The notes beneath the pieces are model-generated. The model saw only the letters and a list, made by a program, of their open reading frames with translations. It made no database searches and was not told where the DNA came from. DNA of 64,000 nucleotides from Dimorphilus gyrociliatus (taxonomy: Eukaryota; Animalia; Annelida). Positions 37,553 to 49,400 of the stretch are shown here, in pieces. The DNA lies in assembly GCA_904063045.1 (NCBI GenBank), contig CAJFCJ010000006.1:496001-560000 (forward strand). The letters run 5' to 3'. Each line of letters begins with the position of its first letter. Position 1 is the first letter of the stretch. The translations under genes were made by a program, and so were the position numbers.

Positions 37553-38905
37553 ACCCTGCGTTAACACGTACACAATAGAAAATAATATAAAAAGGGTTCG
37601 AGGCGACGCTATGGTACACGTGGCTCCGCCTGTTGTCCCAATCGCCGCCAGTATGAAGACGAACAGCGACCAGCACGAGAGGTGATGGAAAAATTATGCT
37701 ACGTCGTTCTGTACCTAGCAGGTATTTGATTAATTTTAAAAGCTAATATACTTCAGATAAATAACATGGATAATATATAAAATTACATATTCCGAAGAAT
37801 ATATTCAATTGGATTTAAATAAGTGTTACAATTTAATCTTACATGTACCACGAAATTTATTTATAAAGATGTATTGCTTTTTAAACGTTTTATTGTATGA
37901 ATGTATATTTCTATTGTTCATGATTTTACCATGTGGATTTAATCTTTTTCTTGGTAATTATTATGTTATAAAGAATAGTTATCCTAACAATATCGCATCA
38001 CATCCACACGTAATATACAGTATATTATTTGGAAATATCGGTTTCACACGAATCAGGAAAAGAAAATAATAAATATTTCTTATATAAGACCAAACTCGAA
38101 TAAAATACTTTTCAGTAACATTATCAAATCTCTAAAAATTGTGATTAACTTAAATTATTCTTTTTTATTAGTTCTCTTAGAAAAAGCGTCAGTATAAAAT
38201 AACCCAACTCTGGCAATTGATTTTCTTCTGGCAAATCAAACAAACTATCTTCCTTTTCACGACTTTATCTAAAATAAAGGAATTACTTTGCTAAGATTTA
38301 GAAAATAATCAATTACTATAATATGTCTTCGAAAACCGTTGCTTTACTAGTTAATTCTTGTCTGCCCTGTATAATCGATTTATGATCTCAAAGGCCGATT
38401 TTACTGACCTATTTATACTTTTATTCTGTTTACAAAAGCCAATTTTATGTACTAACCGAACGATGATTTACGTTGCCATGCAATCTAAGCGAATAAGCGT
38501 CAGTAAGAGCGAAAAAAGGCGAACAAATACTTCTATAATGAGAATGCATAATACGAGAATATAGGACACAGTATTGATTCACAGAGCGTTACAACATCAC
38601 TTTCTACTTTTTCTCTCAATTTTAAACCTGTCAATTAAACTGGGTATATGATTGCATAATACAAAATCAATCTACCAAACAATTAACTGACTGAACTGAC
38701 ATCTCCTATAGTTACCCACGGCGCAATCATCACTATTGATTTCTAAATCATTATATAACTAATTGTGACTGTTTGTGAAATACAAATCAAAATAGATATT
38801 TTGATCGGCCTATAATGAAAGCACGCTCGCCGGTCAAGACTAATGTAGGTGGCGCTGGTAGGGGTCATAAATTGCTGTTCGTTCAGTTAATGGCCCTCAT
38901 CCGCC

Positions 38906-41900
38906 ATGTTTCTCACAACCCTTTTCTTTATTCGAGCAGTTTTCTCTCAAACAACGGAATCTACCGACAACCTTTTCTTTGATCCATCTCCAGTTGACAT
39001 CACTGTTAGGGACGGTGAATCAGCACTCTTCCACTGTGACACAAACTCAAACGACGATATAATTCTCTATTGGCAGACAGAAAATGGAAAGAAGATAAAG
39101 AATACAAGCCGTTATTTTATTAAAGGAAGAGGAAATCTGTTTTTCAAGCGAGTAGACAGACATGGCTGGCCAGATAAAACGTCCTTCATTTGCATTTGCT
39201 ATCATGAGTCGGGACAGATTCGATCCTCAGTTGTTCGGCTTGATATACAATGTAAGTTCGACATCTGCCTTATCTATACCTACTAATCGCTGTCGTAAAT
39301 CTGTCGGTTTCTATAGTGGAGTGTACAATATAAAAAAATTCTGGGGTATTTCTGAGTTTCGAGGAAAAAAACTCAACTAGATAGGGTTATTTTGTATTCA
39401 CTTATATATATGCAAGTATTTATGTAAAAAAGTTACGTTTGATTACGAAAACGACTAAAGCAGATTGGGACTTTTACCAACTAAGATTTATGATAAATAT
39501 CTTACAGTTTTATTGTTAGTGTGTTAACGGTCGAGGTGAAACGTTATCAATATCCTCAAATTTCGACATGCCCTAGAATTTTCTTGGTTATGCAATATAT
39601 TTGACCTTTGAACTTTCCGACCTACTTGATAATTAACCAGGGAACGCGCGTCGTTCCTTGTGATTGATTACTCATCAAGCTGCATGAAAGTTATTCATCA
39701 TGGAGGTAATGAAAACTTGTTCTTTAACAGGGATATCTGATAATGCTGATGTTCAACTAGTTCACCCAAAACAAGAATCTACGATACGAAGAGGCTCAAA
39801 CGTTATTTTGAACTGTTCAGCTGAAGGGAATCCGAAACCGGATATAACGTGGATTAAAAATGGTAAAAGGTAAGACGTGCAAAAAAACAAGCGAAATCGA
39901 AAACCAACGCAAAGTGTAATCTAATATATAAAAGCAATAGCAATTTAGGCCTGTTTATAATTTGCTGGCGTCCAGTTGAATGCTTTCGATTTTCCAGATC
40001 CTTTCGTTCCCTTCTTTGTAAAATGTGCTTACGAATGCTTGTTCTTTCTGAATCGCGCAACTAACTGGAAATCCTTCGCAGCTGAACATTCTTAGTACTT
40101 TTCCTTCCATATTTCTAACTTCTATTTTCTTTTGCTTATGCTGGATCATTACTAAACTATCTGGCGTTGCTAGCAGTCCAGTCGGCATTCCATCGCATGC
40201 TATGTTTCTAATAATGGAGCCTGTTTCTTCATAAACAATTATCTTTGAAGTGTTGAAATGACAAACGAAAATTTCATTATTTTTGGTAGATAAGCCACAA
40301 AAAGACCCAGATGATTTAGGTTTTTGCTTCCAGAGTTCTTTAGATATTTTTAAATCGAAGCAAATCAGTGTGTTTGTTTTTAGCAAAATTAGCTTTTCAT
40401 CATTTTGAAATAAGTTTATATACTCGATTTGCTTTTTCTTGATCACAACTGATTGGAAATTTTCCAATACATTGAGAGCAATAACTTTACTATTTGTAAA
40501 GTCATAAAAGTAAAATACTTTTCCATCCGATGTTGGAACAATACACTGAATAACAATATCTAATTTTAATGTACATGATCTGAGGTGTCCTTCAAAGCTA
40601 TACTTGTTTAGATATGATGGTCCTTTATTATTGTTTTTTATCTCTAAGACGAACAGATAATCATGGTCAATATAGAGATTTTGTATATAGCAACTTCCCT
40701 CATTAGGAATACCAACAAGAATTCCTCTCGGAACATTTCTTGTTGCTGTAACAGTTTTCTGTTCTGAAGCATTTTTTACAGGAGAATTTTGACCAACTGT
40801 TTTCTTCGTTGACTTCTCCTGTGATATTGACTTGATATTGGTCTTTGAAATTTTTGTGTTGCCAATGTGTAATTCAGATTTGGATGTACCTTGAGCACAT
40901 TTAGATCGTTCTATATCTATCTTAATTAAAACATTTCCCCATTGGCCAATATCATCTTCATGACATTTTCTATTCTTCTCTTTTACCAAACGTGCTGCTC
41001 GTTTGAGTGATAAGTTAATTTGCTCCTCTACTGACGGCAAAAGGGAAAAAACAGCTACAGACACAGATTTTTTAATATCATCCAAAAGTACTTCTTTTTC
41101 TCTTAAAATTTTTACTGCTTCGTCTTTAATAGCTTTTCTTTGATTTTCTATGCTATTTGACAGTTCTAAGTAATAGCTATTTAAGTCTTTTAGTAGATTA
41201 TCTCTTTCGTCCAGTATAGTCTTCTGGTATAGCTCTGCTTTATGCTTGCAATCTATTTGAAACTTTTTGACGTGATTAATTACATCTTCTCTATCATCCA
41301 ATTTATGATCTTCATGCCTTTGAATACAATGAATACAAACTAATTCGTAGAAGCAATCCCGACAAACCATTTTCAAAATATTGGATCCGTGTTGATGACA
41401 TGTTAGCAAATCGTCTTGATTTAAATTTATTGCCCCAGAGAAAGAATAATATGGAGTTATTTCTAAAATTCCTTTCTCTGGCCAAGCTATGAGCTTCTGA
41501 CAATTTTCCACAGGACACTTGTATGTTCCATTGACAAGGTTTCCTTTTTGACTCGCTTGATCGCTTTCTAGACAAGTTGCACAAAATGTGTGTAAACAGG
41601 ACAGTTTTCTCCCCAGTCCATCTCGAAGTTGCTGTTTACACTGCAAACATTTTCCTTTTTGGAAAAATTCTAAATTGGAGCAAAGGGAAGAAAGGGATGA
41701 AACTGATGTGCTATATGCGTTGTCAAAGAACATAACTAATAGTGAAGACAATCGAATCTTAAGGCGTGGCAGATTACAAAAATTTAATGGACATTTATTA
41801 GATTTGTGGAGGTTTTCACCAATTATTATGTAACTAAGTGTACTTGACATGAAAATGTTTGGTACTATACTGTATATGTAAATCGCAAGAAATACGCTGT

Positions 41901-44900
41901 TAGCCAAGACGAGTATAAATAAACAGACGGAAATAAAGTGCAGCCATTTCACCATCAAATCAATATAACGTACTGCACGATAAACAGACAATATGTAGAG
42001 TATGTGCACCACAAAAATAATCCCAAAAATAAAGAAAAAACACTTTCCTGTTTCCAATTCACTTAGCATTCTCCGATATCAATACTAATTTTCCAGGCTG
42101 TCAAATGCACAACTGTATAATTGTTATTGTAGGATTCTATCGAATGGAACAAGCTTGCAGTTAACTGGCGTAAGTGGGGCGCAAAATGGCGTGTACTCCT
42201 GCTTGGCCCGTAATACGGTGGGAATTGCTGAAGCCTTAGATGTTTTCATATTGAATGTTAAAGGTATGGATGGTCATATATCAAAATGTATATGTTATTA
42301 GATAGCACTAATAAGATGTTTGCTATATTATCATTGTTTAGAAATGTTTGCTCTTATATTAATATTAGCTTTTCTTTTCTTCAGATGAAGCATATTCTTC
42401 TCTGAGAGAGGATTCTTTTACGCATGTTTTGATTGCACGAAGGACTAGAACAGTTTTTTTTCATTGCAAATTTGATAATCGAGATATTGAGATCTACTGG
42501 AAAGACTCGAGAGGAAAGAGAATAGAAAGCAAAGGACGGTAAGTGTTGACCCTTTCAGGAGAGCGGTGAACTCTCTGCAGGGGAGCAAAATTTACGCCTG
42601 AACAATTTCCGCAGCTATTTGGTATTTCCCAATGGAAGTATGGCAATTTCTGGAGCGAGAGGATCGGATGAAGGGTATTACACATGTGTTGGGAACTCTC
42701 AATTCAAGAAAGAAGCGGTTTTTACGAGCAATCTCAAAATTGCCTGTGAGTAAAAAGAAATAAAAAATCGAATAGTAGTTGATTCGACGAATTGAGGCGT
42801 GAATAAGCGCATGAATAGAATCGAATATTGACACTTAAGCGATTTGACAGAGCTATTTCAAGAGCACAGCTGCGTGCGATAGCGCTATAATTTAGAATTA
42901 CATCATTAATGATATGCAAATCAGCTCGCGTTTATTCTACAGATATACGACCGCTCTCGGAACGTCTTATTTTTCCTCCACCCGACAAAGATCGTTTTAT
43001 CTTGGTGAAAAATGGCGAGAAATTAACAATAGAATGTCGACTACCACAGAGTCTTCCTAAAGCAAAACTAAGGTAATCTATCTCATCAATCATTTTTCTA
43101 GCAGCGAACTGTACGAAAGCACAGCGAATAAAAGGTGCTATCTATTTAGTTAGTAGGGCGACCGCAACAACTGGAAACGTGCAGTGTTGCTGTAGGCACC
43201 TCTCATCAACCGTCTAATGATCTCTGCTTTGGCAGGTGCATTCCAGATTTTTCCTGCACGTCGATAAGATAAAGAATGACTTTAACATGCATTTCGGTTT
43301 TTCTAGGCTTTCACGAAAATCTACTGACGGCGTGCACTATCTAAAAACAGAAAAGACAAATTATGGAATCAAAATTTTCTGGAGAAAAGCAGCAGACGAG
43401 GCAGTCTCCGGGGAATACAACTGTGAAGCAGAAAATGAAGCAGGAAAAAGAAACTACTCTTTTTTCGTTTATGTTATTTGTAAGTGTAAAGTATTAATAA
43501 AAGAATATTTGATAGTTGTATTTTTTACCAGCTAAGCCTCAATTTAAGAAGTCCACACCCATTAGCCAAAGAGTTAAAGAGGGAGAAAATGTCACATTTC
43601 GATGTATTCTACTTAAAGGTTTAAACCCAACAACAAAATTAGCATGGATGAAAGATGATGTTGAAATAAATACTCTGGACACTAGGTTTAAAGTCAATTC
43701 TGGACGTGGAGAGTTATTTATTCGAGATGTACAAGAATATGATGCTGGTAGCTATTCCTGTAAAGCAACAACTAAAAGCAAATTCTTTCAAGCCGTTCAG
43801 TCAGATAATGCTAATTTAAAAGTTATTATTAAGCTCAAATTCATTCCATCATTTAAAGATATATATTATCTTGAACGTTCTTCATATTCGAGTATTGATT
43901 GTAAAGTCAAAGGATCCGCCATACCGACAGTAATATGGAGAAAGTCGGATAACTCTAAGCTTCCTTTACATGTATATCAGAAAGGAGATAAGTTGATATT
44001 TAACAAAACAGAGCAGTCACATTCTGGAAATTATACTTGCATAAGTCGACTAAAGAATGAGAAAATAGAGAAAACAATTAATATAACAATAGTTATGAAG
44101 CCAAAATTCAGTATCCTGCCAATCAATACAACTGTTAAAATCGGATCTCCTGTCATGCTCCACTGCGTTGCTGTTGGAGATCCTCCGCCTAAAGTTCATT
44201 GGGTTCATGAGTTTAATAAAGATTTAATGAAGAATTCTCGTTTTGAATTAAAAGGGAATGGTACACTTTCAATTTCAACAACATATATGCAAGACGCAGG
44301 AAAATATACTTGTTGGGCTGGAAACACTGGTGGACTTTCTCATGCAATTGTTTACCTTCATGTATCATCAGAAGACGAAAACAGCAGAGCAAGTAAATTT
44401 TCGATGATGAAGACAATTATTATTGCTGTCTGCTCAGCAGTAGCTTATTTAGCGGTTGTTATTGGCCTTACTGTTTATTGTTCTTTAAGATTAGTCAAAA
44501 GACGAAATGCCAGTAAATTGCCAGAAGATAAGCAAGATGGAGCCGAATGTACTGAATTGATAGAAAAACCTAATAATGTTCACTCAATACAAACAGTTGG
44601 GTCCATAATCAAAAGTGATTTAAACGACAGTAGATCACATGCTTCATCTCATCAAAGTCAGTCTACGGCTACAACATCTGGCTATTCAAAGTTACTATTA
44701 CGACACAATTTACAAACTATAGGTTTACTGGGTAAATCAACATTTGGTGAAGTTCTATTGGCGAAATCTAGGACTCAAGATTACTCTGACACCTTAGTAG
44801 TAGTGAAATCCTTATTATCATCCGACGAATATCACGGACAAATGTTTCGGTCTGAGATTGAACTTTTTAGTCGTGTGTCTCATGACAATGTATCCAAAAT

Positions 44901-45519
44901 TCTTGCTGTTTCAAAGGACACGGAACCTCACTTTTTTATAATGCAGTATTTAGAGTGGGGTATGTTAAGTGCATATTTAGTTGCGTTAAGAAGAGATTCA
45001 ACTTCTACAACTAGTCCTTTAACTTATGGCCAACAGCTTGCTATGTGTCATCAAGTTTCTTTGGGTTTGGAACATATTGCTTCCCTGAGAATGGTTCACG
45101 GGGACGTTGCTGCGAGAAATATTTTATTATCTCCCTCTCTCCGTCTGAAAGTTAGCACGATTGCATTAAGTAGAGACGCACACGCTCAAGATTATTATAT
45201 CATACGAGAAAAACCAGTGCCAATTCGCTGGATGGCGCCAGAGGGTCTTACTCCCGCTGAACTATCTACTAAAAGTGACGTTTTTTCATTCGGTGTCTTT
45301 GTATGGGAAGTTTTTACCCTCGGACTCATCCCGCATACGCACCTTGCAAATGAAGAGGTCCTTCAAGCCCTGGAAGCTGGTACATTAATACTCGATCCAT
45401 TGCAACATTGTCCGCTGTCGACTGTAATTGAAAGATGTACGATGCATCAACCAGTTCTTCGACCATCCTTTTCTGAAATTTCTTCGATATTGGCTGATAT
45501 GACTAAAGATTGCCATTAA
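38906..45519 (+). CDS. PTK7: Inactive tyrosine-protein kinase 7 / off-track (7 Ig domains, TM, pseudokinase)
   Basis: Exons 38906-39251, 39731-39869, 42133-42263, 42385-42538, 42615-42745, ~42942-43073, ~43307-43479 and ~43532-45519. TM segment TIIIAVCSAVAYLAVVIGLTVYC. The kinase has HGDVAARN and STIALSRD in place of HRD and DFG, plus VVVK, PIRWMAPE and RPSFSEI. Confidence 0.92.
39955..42069 (-). CDS. TRIM-like E3 ligase (RING, B-box2, coiled-coil, beta-propeller), intronless, nested antisense in PTK7 intron 2
   Basis: 704-aa ORF. RING: CLQC...CLHTFCATC...CPVENC. B-box: CHQH...CRDC...CIHC..HEDH. Then a coiled coil and C-terminal short beta-strand repeats (NHL/propeller-like). The start is either 42069 or Met at 41733. 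Confidence 0.85.
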   Translation of the reverse strand: MLSELETGKCFFFIFGIIFVVHILYILSVYRAVRYIDLMVKWLHFISVCLFILVLANSVFLAIYIYSIVPNIFMSSTLSYIIIGENLHKSNKCPLNFCNLPRLKIRLSSLLVMFFDNAYSTSVSSLSSLCSNLEFFQKGKCLQCKQQLRDGLGRKLSCLHTFCATCLESDQASQKGNLVNGTYKCPVENCQKLIAWPEKGILEITPYYSFSGAINLNQDDLLTCHQHGSNILKMVCRDCFYELVCIHCIQRHEDHKLDDREDVINHVKKFQIDCKHKAELYQKTILDERDNLLKDLNSYYLELSNSIENQRKAIKDEAVKILREKEVLLDDIKKSVSVAVFSLLPSVEEQINLSLKRAARLVKEKNRKCHEDDIGQWGNVLIKIDIERSKCAQGTSKSELHIGNTKISKTNIKSISQEKSTKKTVGQNSPVKNASEQKTVTATRNVPRGILVGIPNEGSCYIQNLYIDHDYLFVLEIKNNNKGPSYLNKYSFEGHLRSCTLKLDIVIQCIVPTSDGKVFYFYDFTNSKVIALNVLENFQSVVIKKKQIEYINLFQNDEKLILLKTNTLICFDLKISKELWKQKPKSSGSFCGLSTKNNEIFVCHFNTSKIIVYEETGSIIRNIACDGMPTGLLATPDSLVMIQHKQKKIEVRNMEGKVLRMFSCEGFPVSCAIQKEQAFVSTFYKEGNERIWKIESIQLDASKL

Positions 45520-45724
45520 ATTTTTTGTTTACGTTTTAACTGATTTCTCTACTTTTAAGCATTTAGGCAGAGTAAGGGTAAATTTTTCTGATGGTTCTAG
45601 TTCAATATTAAGTGTTAAATTATTGGCCTTAAAAACTTGCATAATTTTTACTCTATAGATTTATTTATTATTCTTAATAAGATGATTATTAATAAACTTT
45701 TGATATTGTCTTTACAAACCTTTA

Positions 45725-46493
45725 GCGCCATCTTTCGTTTCAATTTAAGTTTTCTCTAATAATATAGAAATAGTTCTTTAAATTACCATACATCATATAA
45801 GGAAGGTTCATACTTCATACAAAGATGGTTCATATTCCATATTGGTTCTCTGTATAATCATTCAAATCTTAGTTATTAGATATTTAGTTGAAATATCCGA
45901 TAGATGGCGTGATAGTTAAAGTATGAAATATCCGAAAGATGGCGTGAATATTTAAGTATGAAATATAATATCCAAATGTGACTTTTTTTAATTAAATGTA
46001 TATCTTTTGGTGTATGTAATATGTTTTAACTTTTTCTGATACCCTAAATACAAATCAATCTTCTTTATTGGATGGAGTTGTTCGAACGAACTTATTAAGA
46101 TTAATTAATACCTAATAGTTTCTCTAAATATAAAATTTCCTAATTCATATGTATTTTAGCGAAAAGGTTAGCAAAGTTTTGAACAGTCCAACGTTCTCTG
46201 TAAAAATTAATAATTTTATTGTAGAAAGTTGAAAAAAATAAGCATCGCATTAAAGAGATAATCGTGTCGATCGAAATTAGCCCGCAGGTTACGGTAGTTA
46301 AAAATCAATGATGCTTAGCTGTAATCGAACGTAAATCAATGAAAACCGGATTCATTAAAAATCTCATATAAGATTGGAATTTTCTTCAAATTACAGAAGA
46401 ATTGATAGACCTGATTGACCAAAATTAAGTGAATTTGAATGCTACCAGTTGAAGTATGACAACTTTTAATTCATAGACTCCCACAGATGGCGT
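45725..46493. promoter_or_regulatory. Cluster of CTCF/YY1-like AGATGGCG[C/T] motifs (candidate boundary element)
   Basis: GCGCCATCT at 45725-45733 (minus strand) and AGATGGCGT at 45902, 45937 and 46485 (plus strand). The last is in the context CCCACAGATGGCGT. Confidence 0.5.
45889..45966. repeat. 35-bp tandem duplication (~2.3 copies)
   Basis: tgaaatatccgatagatggcgtgatagttaaagta / tgaaatatccgaaagatggcgtgaatatttaagta / tgaaatat, with units starting at 45889, 45924 and 45959. Confidence 0.85.
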
Positions 46494-49400
46494 TGCTAGT
46501 TTATTTTTAAAAAATGACATAAATGAAATTAATTTTTTATGCGGTTTTCTTAGAAGGGATATATTGCACTTCCAAATTGTGATAATTAGTTGAGGTTAAC
46601 ACAGGGACATTTTAATGAGCAACACATGTTATTATGTTGTAAGAAATGGCAGCTTTTAAGAGGACAAATTAAAATTGAAATAAAACAGCAGATGACTGCT
46701 AAAATACATTGCAATAATGCGATTATTATATGGCTAAAACGACGATACAAGATGGTGATTTGAAAGAGAAAACATAATAATTTTCTACACAGCTGCTCTT
46801 ATAGCGATGAAACATGTCGCATGTATAAACGAGAAGTTTTCAAAGTGCATGTATACGAAGCGTACGTAAAGAAAAAAAGAGGAAAGTAAACAGAGCGAGC
46901 AATTAAACGGGTCGAGGAGGTTCTGCGGGAGATGAAAGTAAAGGCAAATGCGGACACAGTATGACACAGTCACGTATTAACATAACATCTCACTTAATGT
47001 CTCCTTCAACCCTAATTAAAGAACGTTTGTGATGTGGAACTTTTGGCTAGCGGCTATGAAATAGACTCCTTCGTCTAGCCGGCGCTTGAGGTTATTCGGC
47101 TCTTTTCTGAATAATTGGTGAGGATTAGAGTTTAAAGCTGATATGTAGTTGTGGGAATAGAATTGTGTAATAGTCGAAAGTCGGTTGTATATGCGAATGT
47201 ATATACAGGACACGTAGACACGTACATTCAGTCGTTTGACATCAAAGACTCGCATGTGGTCCGACTGATCAGCATTCATCACGTCCTCATCAAAAGTAAT
47301 ACGGTTTGGGTGGTTTTAAAAAAAAGGCGCGTATATGGCTGAAACCGTTAGAAGGCAGGCCACTGTATCTAATGTGCTGGCGCCCTGCTGGTGTCGTTCG
47401 CCTTTCATCTTTTTTTCGGCTTTCCATTATACATGCTACACATATTGTATAAGAAACTTGACTGTGTCATTTATATTTATGTGTATATTTTTACTTTAGG
47501 TAAACATGAATCTTTTTTATTTCATTCTTTTTTGTAGCTGTCCGCTATAGTTACGCGTATCATCAGTCTCTGGAAGATATATGATTCTTATCGTTTAAAT
47601 TCTTGCGCTTTTTAAGTTCACCGGGCCGTTTGAATATATAATACCCCCAAAGAGATGCTTTGCGGGAGGTGATTTTTTCATACTCCTATCTCATTCGACA
47701 ATTTTCTATGAGCGAGACTAATTGTTGATTTATTGAGCAAAATATTTTTTATACCTTTAAAATACGGTTAAAAGCAACGTGCATGTTAGCATCTGCAGAT
47801 ATTTCAATGCAAATAAATGTATTATGCATATTCTACATGGGTGGCTTGATTTATCTGATCAACTATGTTTTTTGACCGTTTGCATTTGGGTCCTTTGGCG
47901 ACAATGTCAGTTTCTCTGTAAACAAACTAGGTGCACTTAAGTACTTCTTAACTAATCCGTTTGCCGCTGATTCTTTTACCTTATTACATAGGCTTAAAAT
48001 AGGACAGAAAGGAAAAATGTGAGCAGGAAGTGTAGGACGCGTAAGATTGTGAGAAATTGAATGAAGCTGGCGGGCAAATCAGGTAAATGTCAACAAACGG
48101 TGTCGTTCGAGTAATCTGCCAATGTCAGTCAAATTCGTTCCACAATTCACTTTTCTTATTCATTATCACATCCTTCCGAACCTTAAATTAAATATTGTAT
48201 TTTATGGGACTAAATTAACAAAAAATGAAAGAATGTGTAGGTCACCCTATATATTTAGTTAATTACACGAACCCAGCATTGAGCGAAAGTATTTGTTGTT
48301 GGCGGTCAGAAAATTAGGTGTTTAATAAGTGGTTATTGTGCATGAATATATTCGTAAACTAGGTATAGTATACCTATTTTGGTGCGAGTGGAGAAGCAGC
48401 TGTCTAATTGCCGACATTACTAATGAGTCTACTCAGGAATGCCGTGCGACGTTACAAGTATGCAGTTATCGCGACGTTCTGGGCGTTGAATTCCATTTTG
48501 ATAGGCGCGCGTGTAGAAGAGCAGGTGGAAATATATGAAAAATATATTAAAAAGACTCAAACCTCCAACGTTGTAGGTATATGTGTGCATAGCCGTTCGA
48601 GTGTATACGGTATAGAGGTTATACGGTGTCAGATGTTCAAAGATGTTCTCTTGTTTGTGTGATCTTCCCACAGTTCTTTTTCACTAGCCTATTGACGTAG
48701 TGAATTTGCTAGTGTTGACATTGACTGTACAGCGTTTCTCGGCTTTTTTTAACGGTTCCCAGCAATAGGGAATGTCAAGTAGTGCGAAAAAGACACTTGG
48801 AAAGTGGCGCCCTCCAGCAATTCACGAAAACGAGAAAGCGAAGCAAAACAATGTTCACTTTGCTGCAAGGATACACTTTAGAGATTCTACCCCAGGCTAG
48901 ACCGTTTAGTACATAAGTACATTGTCCAGTTTATATATGTATAGACGCACCTGCACACATATATACAAAAAAGAATGCGCTCAATTAGCGTGAAATTGAC
49001 TTGCACGAAAGTTTCATGTTTTAACTGCCGATTTTGTCTTGTGTGCTTATTTCCGTTATTTATACTACTCTGTATATACAATGTATACCTTGGTTGCGTC
49101 AAACGGCTCGAAAATGCGTGTCAATATTTACGAATTACGCCAAATAAAATTTATGCAGTACAAGCTAGTTTATAGAAAGAAGGGAAAAAGTATAAAGTAG
49201 GGCTTACGTAATTTCCATCACTTATCTAAATAATTCCCGTGTCATATTTGTTTCAAAAATATATGCCAAATCGACGAAAGTTACAGAACAGCTTTATAAT
49301 ATAAAAATAAGACGTACGTGTTCTATCTTATTTTCTTCTGTAGCCAGATTGAGAACAATCTTGTGTAAAAAAATTGAGGTCTATGGTAAATAGAAATTAA

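Noticed and set aside
42539-42580. Apparent frameshift in PTK7 using the acceptor at 42580
   Set aside because: The acceptor at 42614 restores the frame and gives a canonical Ig strand (KGRYLVFPNGSM), so no frameshift is needed.
1061-45000. Short antisense or alternative-frame ORFs overlapping the main genes
   Set aside because: Shadow ORFs of real coding exons, with no independent motifs or splice support.
47618-47640. miR-36-like 5' end (TCACCGGG)
   Set aside because: Only the seed matches and there is no convincing hairpin.
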